This document shows positions 6,866 to 11,963 of a DNA stretch of 11,963 nt, piece by piece; position 1 is the first letter of the stretch, and every line of letters starts with the position of its first letter. The notes beneath the pieces were generated by a model. The model searched no databases. It saw nothing but the letters and a program-made list of their open reading frames with translations, and had not been told where the DNA came from. Location of the stretch: the UHGV virus genome UHGV-0046228; one strand, 5' to 3'. The DNA comes from a virus. The translations under genes and the position numbers were made by a program.

Positions 6866-7656
6866 TGAATAAGCCCTCTCTCTTTCCCGCGCTGATACTC
6901 TTCCCAAAGCCATTGGGCCGGGGTGAGAGCGCCGAGAGTCGCCGCATTTGGCATGCACCCGAAGCTTTTTCCTTCCGGGTGATAACCGGCCTGACGGCTC
7001 ACGTGATTTGTCGGGATCACTTCATCAGAATTCTCGAGCGCCAGGACGGGGGATGGTATTTTTTCCCCACCAGCAACTTTCAGCGCCCATTCCTCAAGTT
7101 TTTTTGACGCGTATTTTTCAGTTTCAGCCTCGCTCAGCTGGCGCTGGTACATCGCTCTGCGCGTATCGGTCACAATCCAGTACATGACGTCATGAGACCA
7201 CGGGAAAGCTTCTGCTCCGCCGGTATGCAGCCCTTTTTCGCGGCTATACCGATGGAACTCATTCATCACATCAGCCAGGCCAATGCCAAGTACCGTGCCG
7301 CTATCCTTGCACCATTTGATGAATTGCCCCGGAGAAGGCCAGAAGGGTGATTCACTGGCGCGGGCATGCCGTACACCTGCGGAAAGTTGTTCGCGGGTGC
7401 GGATCCCATTCTCTGAAAACGCTGCGATCCACTGACGCTTTGCCGTTTTCTCGTCTGCGTCAGTTTTCAGGTTTGTCTGCGTAGACGCAGGGAAAATCTG
7501 CTTCAGCTGCCGAAAGAGAGAATCAACGAGGCTTTCCGCTTCGGGATTTATTACCTTCTGCTGGTCGGCGTTTCCGTTAGCCATTCTGGATAGCAGTGCC
7601 CCGTCACGCCCGTTAACTGCCTGCACAAGTTGGTTATTCACAGGAAGTCCTCCCAT
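6862..7656 (-). CDS. P: Replication protein P (DnaB helicase loader)
   Basis: 264 aa, co-linear with lambda P as recalled (FPAS, RRQWIAAFSENGIRTREQ, PFWPSPGQFIKWC, YWIVT); start overlaps the 3' end of the O-like gene. Confidence 0.9.
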   Translation of the reverse strand: MGGLPVNNQLVQAVNGRDGALLSRMANGNADQQKVINPEAESLVDSLFRQLKQIFPASTQTNLKTDADEKTAKRQWIAAFSENGIRTREQLSAGVRHARASESPFWPSPGQFIKWCKDSGTVLGIGLADVMNEFHRYSREKGLHTGGAEAFPWSHDVMYWIVTDTRRAMYQRQLSEAETEKYASKKLEEWALKVAGGEKIPSPVLALENSDEVIPTNHVSRQAGYHPEGKSFGCMPNAATLGALTPAQWLWEEYQRGKERGLIQ

Positions 7657-8372
7657 CCCTCGCGGCTGTTCCAGTGAGGCGTTTCCTGCTCAGCACGTCC
7701 ACGTTTAGCCAGCGGGTTAACCCTGGCATTCCGGATCCAGACTCTGAAAGCCGAATTCCAGTCGATTAGCTGCGTGCCACGGGAAAGGTGATAGTCCCGG
7801 AAGTTCAGCAGCTCAGTTTCAATGCTCACCCCCTTCTCGGCAGCCATAGCAATGTGATCTGCCGACGGCTTAAACAGGGGCGGGAATGGAATCTCCCCGT
7901 TTGGTGAAATCCCGATCCGCCGCTTAGCGGCTTCGCTCATAAAACCATCGCGCCCAGAGAGAGAGTTAGGTTCAGTGACTGGTTCAAAAGAGTGACTGGT
8001 TCTGGTGCCATCTGGTGGCACAGGGGGTGTGCAATCAGATGGCATAGGGTGTGCTTCTTCGTGGCATACCCCTGTGCAATTTAATGGCATAGGGGTGGCA
8101 TCTAATTTCAGGTAATACACATTTGACGTGTTACCTTTTCCGTTGTTGACGCCAACACGGTTCTCACGCCTGATAAGCCCCATTTCTTCAAGCGCATCAA
8201 TATGGTTACGAACAGCCGTTCTGCTGCATTCGCATTGGTCGGCGATATGTTGATACGAAGGCCAGCATTCGCCTTTATCGTTGGCGTTATCGGCCAACTT
8301 AATCAGGACGAGCTTACGCAGTGAGTTTCCCACTTTGACCCCCATTGCTTTCGCCATAAGTGACATGCTCAC
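7638..8372 (-). CDS. Replication initiator, O-like (N-terminal winged-HTH, ori iterons in the coding sequence, C-terminal P-interaction-like domain)
   Basis: 244-aa ORF; N-terminal HTH-like segment (SRTAVRNHIDALEEMGLIRRE); iteron repeats fall in a Pro/Thr-rich linker; followed by P. GTG at 8372 with GGAGGT 5 nt upstream, alternative ATG at 8366. Confidence 0.8.
   Translation of the reverse strand: MSMSLMAKAMGVKVGNSLRKLVLIKLADNANDKGECWPSYQHIADQCECSRTAVRNHIDALEEMGLIRRENRVGVNNGKGNTSNVYYLKLDATPMPLNCTGVCHEEAHPMPSDCTPPVPPDGTRTSHSFEPVTEPNSLSGRDGFMSEAAKRRIGISPNGEIPFPPLFKPSADHIAMAAEKGVSIETELLNFRDYHLSRGTQLIDWNSAFRVWIRNARVNPLAKRGRAEQETPHWNSREGWEDFL
8003..8100. repeat. Origin-of-replication iterons inside the O-like gene
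   Basis: Four related units spaced about 22 bp: TGGCACAGGGGGTGTGC, TGGCATAGGGTGTGC, TGGCATACCCCTGTGC, TGGCATAGGGGTGGCA, preceded by inverted repeat GTGCCA...TGGCAC and flanked by an AT-rich tract (8101-8130). Confidence 0.6.
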
Positions 8373-8389
8373 GTGCTACCTCCGGTTTG

Positions 8390-8418
8390 TTTACTCTCTT
8401 CGATTTACTTGGCATAAT
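8390..8418 (+). promoter_or_regulatory. Candidate promoter for an OOP-like antisense RNA
   Basis: Plus strand TTTACT (8390-8395), 17-nt spacer, CATAAT (8413-8418), in the intergenic region between the YdaT-like gene and the O-like gene, pointing opposite to them. Confidence 0.3.
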
Positions 8419-8423
8419 TGCCT

Positions 8424-8500
8424 CGCAATTGACTGACGTTTATTGCACCAGAAAGCTGTTGGTGTTCGAGCACCACAGCTTTCGCCATTTCTGTTGTTCT
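8424..8500 (+). ncRNA. Candidate OOP-like short antisense RNA (about 70 nt)
   Basis: Predicted start about 7 nt after CATAAT; ends at a 13-bp hairpin (GAAAGCTGTTGGTG / CACCACAGCTTTC, 8451-8483, one bulged T, 6-nt loop) followed by T-rich GCCATTTCTGTTGTTCTC, abutting the YdaT-like stop. Confidence 0.3.
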
Positions 8501-9042
8501 CACATAACCCCCAGCATCGATGTCACCATCGTCATCAGCGGCCCTACCTGCTCCGGCATGAGGCGAAACAATGACGCTATGCCCTCGCTTACCTCCTTCA
8601 TTTTCTGGTGCTCAGGCGCGTTCAGGAGAACGGCTTGCTTTGCTTCTGAACATTCCTTCATGGCAGATGCGATCAGCGACATGGTGTCGTTCTGCTGCGC
8701 CAGGCGTGTACGAAACTCAACAGGAAGAACAGACATGATTGCCGGGGTCAGTTCTCTAACGTTCTCGCGGTACTGATCGGAGTCGACGCGGTTATCCAGA
8801 AAGCGCAAAGGATTCTGGCGAGCCCTGCTGATGTCTTGCAGGAAGCTGACGGCGGTACCGCCCTGCTCCCGGTATTCGTTGATGATCAGCGCTGACACTA
8901 CGTCCTGATTGTCCAGGGACGACGACCATGCACGGACCGCATCGCGGATTTTGTCGTGACCTGGCTCCGCCTTAGGTTGAGCGCGGTTTATCATCGCTCC
9001 CGGGTGTATTCCGGTATTGTGTTGATACGCAAGTGAATGCAT
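8500..9042 (-). CDS. YdaT-like protein (Rac-type; occupies the CII position)
   Basis: 180-aa ORF downstream of the cro-like gene; segment IINEYREQGG...ELTPAIMSVLPVEFRTRL parallels E. coli YdaT as recalled; AAGGGA SD 5 nt upstream of ATG 9042..9040. Confidence 0.65.
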   Translation of the reverse strand: MHSLAYQHNTGIHPGAMINRAQPKAEPGHDKIRDAVRAWSSSLDNQDVVSALIINEYREQGGTAVSFLQDISRARQNPLRFLDNRVDSDQYRENVRELTPAIMSVLPVEFRTRLAQQNDTMSLIASAMKECSEAKQAVLLNAPEHQKMKEVSEGIASLFRLMPEQVGPLMTMVTSMLGVM

Positions 9043-9072
9043 TGCTTTCCCTTTCGTGGTTAGAGCCGCCGG

Positions 9073-9294
9073 TTAGGCGGCAAAGATACCTGGATATAGA
9101 ACTTCGCGAGGAAGTCCGGTTACTTCTTCGTATTTACGCATTTTTGTTACTGGAAGGCTGCCACCTCGCTTTTTAAGCATATTGATGGCCTGAGGCGTTA
9201 CGCCGACCTTTTCAGCAAGCACCTTTTGAGAGCCGCCCACTGCATTAATGGCTTTCTCAAGCGGGGTGCTGGCGTTGGATTTTTTGTTGATCAT
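9073..9294 (-). CDS. Cro-like DNA-binding protein (YdaS / Cro-CI HTH family)
   Basis: 73-aa ORF with HTH segment GGSQKVLAEKVGVTPQAINMLKKRG; divergent from the repressor gene; GGAGC SD 5 nt upstream. Confidence 0.8.
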   Translation of the reverse strand: MINKKSNASTPLEKAINAVGGSQKVLAEKVGVTPQAINMLKKRGGSLPVTKMRKYEEVTGLPREVLYPGIFAA

Positions 9295-9314
9295 GTTTTG
9301 CTCCGCTCATGTGT

Positions 9315-9386
9315 AATCAACACCATGTTAATTCATGGCGTGGATTAAATCAACATTATGGTGATGGAAAAAATCCACATGTTGTT
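9315..9386. promoter_or_regulatory. Divergent operator/promoter region (OR-like) between cro-like and cI genes
   Basis: Three related sites: AATCAACAccaTGTTAATT (9315-9333), AATCAACAttaTGGTGAT (9348-9365), AATCCACAtgTTGTTT (9372-9387). Candidate pR on the minus strand: TTGATT (9353..9348), 17 nt, TAACAT (9330..9325), overlapping sites 2 and 1. Confidence 0.5.
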
Positions 9387-9411
9387 TACCATGCATGGAG
9401 CGGAGGGTTTT

Positions 9412-10131
9412 ATGAGCAGCATTTCTGAAAGAATTAAATTTTTACTGGCAAGGGAAGGCTTGAAGCAGCGGGATTTGGCTGAGGCTTTGTCGACTAGCCC
9501 ACAGACCGTCAACAACTGGATAAAAAGAGACGCGTTAAGTCGTGAGGCGGCGCAACAAATATCTGAAAAATTCGGTTATTCTCTTGACTGGTTATTAAAT
9601 GGAGAGGGTTCTCCAAAGAAGGATCTGGAGAGCAACATCCCGCCAGAGTCTGAGTGGGGAACTGTCGACGCTTGGGACAAAAATACCCCCCTACCTGACG
9701 ATGAGGTGGAAGTACCGTTTCTGAAGGATATCGAGTTTGCGTGTGGTGATGGGCGTGTTCATAGCGAAGATCATAACGGCTTTAAACTGAGGTTCTCCAA
9801 GGCAACGCTTCGCCGGGTAGGAGCTAACACAGATGGGTCTGGCGTTCTGTGTTTCCCGGCAACCGGTGACAGCATGGAGCCAATGATTCCAGATGGAACC
9901 ACTGTGGCTGTGGATACAAATAACAAACGCGTTGTCGATGGAAAACTTTACGCTATTGGACAAGGCGATGGTGGTGAAGGGCAACTAAAAAGAATTAAGC
10001 AGCTCTACAGGAAACCAGGCGGAAAGCTAATTATCCGCAGCTACAACAATGAGGCCTACCCTGATGAAGAAGCTGACATTGATGATGTTGAGATAATCGG
10101 CCGCCTCTTCTGGTACTCGGTATTGCTGTAG
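9412..10131 (+). CDS. CI-type prophage repressor (N-terminal HTH, C-terminal S24 LexA-like autopeptidase)
   Basis: Start at ATG 9412 (MSSISERIKF...) with GGAGG 5 nt upstream; HTH LKQRDLAEALSTSPQTVNNWIKR; S24 catalytic motifs GDSMEP (Ser) and LKRIK (Lys). Confidence 0.9.
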   Translation: MSSISERIKFLLAREGLKQRDLAEALSTSPQTVNNWIKRDALSREAAQQISEKFGYSLDWLLNGEGSPKKDLESNIPPESEWGTVDAWDKNTPLPDDEVEVPFLKDIEFACGDGRVHSEDHNGFKLRFSKATLRRVGANTDGSGVLCFPATGDSMEPMIPDGTTVAVDTNNKRVVDGKLYAIGQGDGGEGQLKRIKQLYRKPGGKLIIRSYNNEAYPDEEADIDDVEIIGRLFWYSVLL

Positions 10132-10235
10132 CGGTGGCCTGAAGAGACGTTTGGTTAAGGCCAGCAACGGATCACAACAAACACATGGGGCGGCGGATTA
10201 AGGGTGATGGAGAATCGAAATAAGTTGAGGTCAAC

Positions 10236-10391
10236 ATGAACACGTTCAGCATAATCGCGATACCTTTTTTTGCCCTTTCAGTGGTTCTGTTGACTCTTGG
10301 CGCTACCAGGAAGAACCAAGCCAGCTTCATCGTTGGCGGCGTGTTTATGGCGTCATGCGTGGTTAATGCCATTATCGGCATGTCTCTTTGA
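10236..10391 (+). CDS. Small two-helix membrane peptide (51 aa), immediately downstream of cI
   Basis: Manual translation MNTFSIIAIPFFALSVVLLTLGATRKNQASFIVGGVFMASCVVNAIIGMSL; two hydrophobic spans separated by RKNQ; GAGG SD 5 nt upstream; no convincing terminator between cI and this ORF. Confidence 0.5.
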   Translation: MNTFSIIAIPFFALSVVLLTLGATRKNQASFIVGGVFMASCVVNAIIGMSL

Positions 10392-10583
10392 GCGCTATGA
10401 GATCAGGCATCCTCGTTACTTTGTCATGTGTGACAGCCTGGTATGCACTCTGCGAGCTTTGATGTGGTTTACCACTTTAATAGTCACCGTATCACTAAAC
10501 TGATTAGCTTTACTCATACTCTTGTGGATTCGCTATTTCTGATGTCAATGCAAAAAAATACTAAGGAAACAAAAAGGATACTT

Positions 10584-10850
10584 ATGTCAGATAACACTAT
10601 TAAAATCATACCTCAGCACATGACCGCCACATCAGTTCTTATTACGCCTGATCGTGCTGAAACAATCATTACTTTTCACCGCCATGAATTTGAGCATCAC
10701 ATGCAGTCTGATGAGCAAGGAAAGAATAGCTTCCAAGTAAAAGTTGAGTTGACCCCTAACATGTCAGTCTCAATGAGCCCGGATCAAGCTGTTGCATTAG
10801 TAAAATCATTACAGGTAGCTCTCAGGGATAATGGGCTATGGAAAGACTGA
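10584..10850 (+). CDS. Hypothetical protein (88 aa), first gene of the AT-rich module
   Basis: Preferred start ATG 10584 (MSDNTIKIIPQHM...) with AAGGA 5 nt upstream; the longer track ORF (from 10443) lacks an SD. His-rich segment FHRHEFEHHMQ; stop overlaps the next gene's start by 13 nt. Confidence 0.5.
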   Translation: MSDNTIKIIPQHMTATSVLITPDRAETIITFHRHEFEHHMQSDEQGKNSFQVKVELTPNMSVSMSPDQAVALVKSLQVALRDNGLWKD

Positions 10851-11488
10851 AGCCAGTTTCTTCAGTTCAACCTACCTCAGGAACAACATCATCAGTTCTT
10901 CCAAGTATTATAGTTAGTGCAACCCTAGCAGCGACAACCGTTTCTCCTTATGGGGATCCATCTCAGTACCAAAGTATTGGTATTGATGCTAAGGTATCAA
11001 ATAGAGTTTCATACGCCATGGACGAAACGGGTTTGCGCCCAAGTAAGGAAGATGTAGCGATGAAGAGTGATACCCTGGAGGTAAGCGTGAGCGGAATGTC
11101 CAGAGAAGAACTTGACGCAAAGCTTTCACAAAACAAATCAGAGGTAGAGTCTATTGCTGCGGAAATGCGTCGCGAATCAGCTGACTTTAAAACCTATTAT
11201 ACTCAGCAATTTTCTTCTATTGAGAGAGGTATTGCTGAAATTAAAGGTGAAATCGGCGGTTTGAAAACGGGACTTACAACGACTCAGTGGGCGATGGCCG
11301 TTGGCTTGACTTTAGTTACTGTGATTCTGTCTGGCGTGATGTTAGCCTCAAGTTGGATTATCTCCGGCAATGACAAGTCACCATCAGTAACCAGCCCGGC
11401 TCCAATTATAATACAGGTACCGACACAGCAACCATTAACGAGCGCTCCAACTAACCAATCGTCATCACAACAAGCTCCTAAGCAATAA
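10838..11488 (+). CDS. Coiled-coil protein with C-terminal transmembrane anchor and Ser/Thr/Pro/Gln-rich tail (216 aa)
   Basis: Charged heptad-like region (SREELDAKLSQNKSEVESIAAEMRRESADFKTYY...ERGIAEIKGEIGGLKTGL), a single ~23-residue hydrophobic span (WAMAVGLTLVTVILSGVMLASSWII) and a low-complexity tail; AT-rich codon usage unlike the flanking phage genes; intrinsic terminator directly after the stop. Confidence 0.6.
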   Translation: MERLKPVSSVQPTSGTTSSVLPSIIVSATLAATTVSPYGDPSQYQSIGIDAKVSNRVSYAMDETGLRPSKEDVAMKSDTLEVSVSGMSREELDAKLSQNKSEVESIAAEMRRESADFKTYYTQQFSSIERGIAEIKGEIGGLKTGLTTTQWAMAVGLTLVTVILSGVMLASSWIISGNDKSPSVTSPAPIIIQVPTQQPLTSAPTNQSSSQQAPKQ

Positions 11489-11490
11489 AT

Positions 11491-11517
11491 AAACCCGGCC
11501 ACCGCGCCGGGTTTTTA
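11491..11517 (+). terminator. Rho-independent terminator after the AT-rich module
   Basis: AAACCCGGC-CACCGC-GCCGGGTTTTT: 6-bp GC stem extendable by three A-U pairs, T5 run, 3 nt after the TAA stop. Confidence 0.7.
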
Positions 11518-11963
11518 CTGCCCTACTCTTCCCTCAGCATCAGCACATCCAGTGCCAGCTCTACTGCCAAACAACCATCACCAAAAACAAAACGTAAAAT
11601 AAATATACTTTAAGTTCATTGACTTACATTTAAATGAACTATTGCCAAATTAAAAATGTCCTTTTGGTTCTTTACATTGATGAACCATTAGTCAATTTTC
11701 ATCTCATCCAAACAACAACGTTGGCGCCGGTGATAGGTAACAACGCTCCGTTAGCCGCGATAAGGCAAAGGTGAAGAGATGATCCGCGAAGAAGCCAAGC
11801 CTGCATGGCGTAGTTTTTGGTTAAAGGTCGTTCCGTTTTTGGTTGCTGTCCTTTTTTTTAGCTTCGCTTGCTGGGGTGGAAAATGAGCAATCACGCCCTT
11901 CCTTCCCTGATTTACTGCCTGCTCGTTTGAGGCGTACTCTGGGACGTATGGGTTTTACAAATT

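Noticed and set aside
6651-6947. Minus-strand 98-aa ORF and the long N-terminal extension of ORF 6566..6958
   Set aside because: Alternate frame or upstream extension overlapping P; the Ren-like frame starting at 6865 with an ATGA junction is the supported call.
9691-9984. Minus-strand ORF of 97 aa inside cI
   Set aside because: Antisense to the repressor gene, which has clear HTH and S24 motifs.
10172-10503. ORFs 10172..10381 (-) and 10297..10503 (+)
   Set aside because: Overlap the SD-supported 51-aa membrane peptide ORF on the other strand or frame; no SD or features of their own.
11284-11502. Minus-strand ORF of 72 aa
   Set aside because: Antisense to the C-terminal part of the 216-aa gene and runs through its terminator.
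11700-11800. nutL-like boxA/boxB and an N antiterminator gene right of the immunity region
   Set aside because: CGCTCCGTTAG near 11746 only loosely resembles boxA and there is no adjacent boxB-like hairpin or Arg-rich N-like ORF; the window ends too soon to decide.
1-11963. CRISPR array or other long tandem repeats
   Set aside because: No regularly spaced direct repeats with unique spacers; the only repeat arrays are the ori iterons and the operator sites.

Overview
This window reads as the immunity, replication, nin, antitermination and lysis segment of a lambdoid prophage from an enterobacterial host, with mosaic content. All calls come from reading the sequence and translations and from recalled family resemblance; no database search was run. 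The phage-rightward operon lies on the minus strand: Cro-like (YdaS-type), YdaT-like protein in the CII position, O-like initiator with internal ori iterons, P, Ren, six translationally coupled ORFs of unknown function, then NinB, NinE, a Ser/Thr phosphatase, NinG, a Lar-family anti-restriction protein, a 38-aa ORF, Q, a late promoter/terminator region, a dual-start pinholin and a SAR endolysin truncated at the window start. Most adjacent genes overlap by ATGA/TAATG, indicating translational coupling. On the plus strand a CI-type repressor (HTH plus S24 peptidase) diverges from cro and is followed, in the position lambda uses for rexAB, by an AT-rich three-gene module: a 51-aa two-helix membrane peptide, an 88-aa protein and a 216-aa coiled-coil protein with a C-terminal membrane anchor. 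That module is the best candidate for an undescribed lysogen-expressed exclusion or defence system. No rRNA, tRNA or CRISPR array was found.
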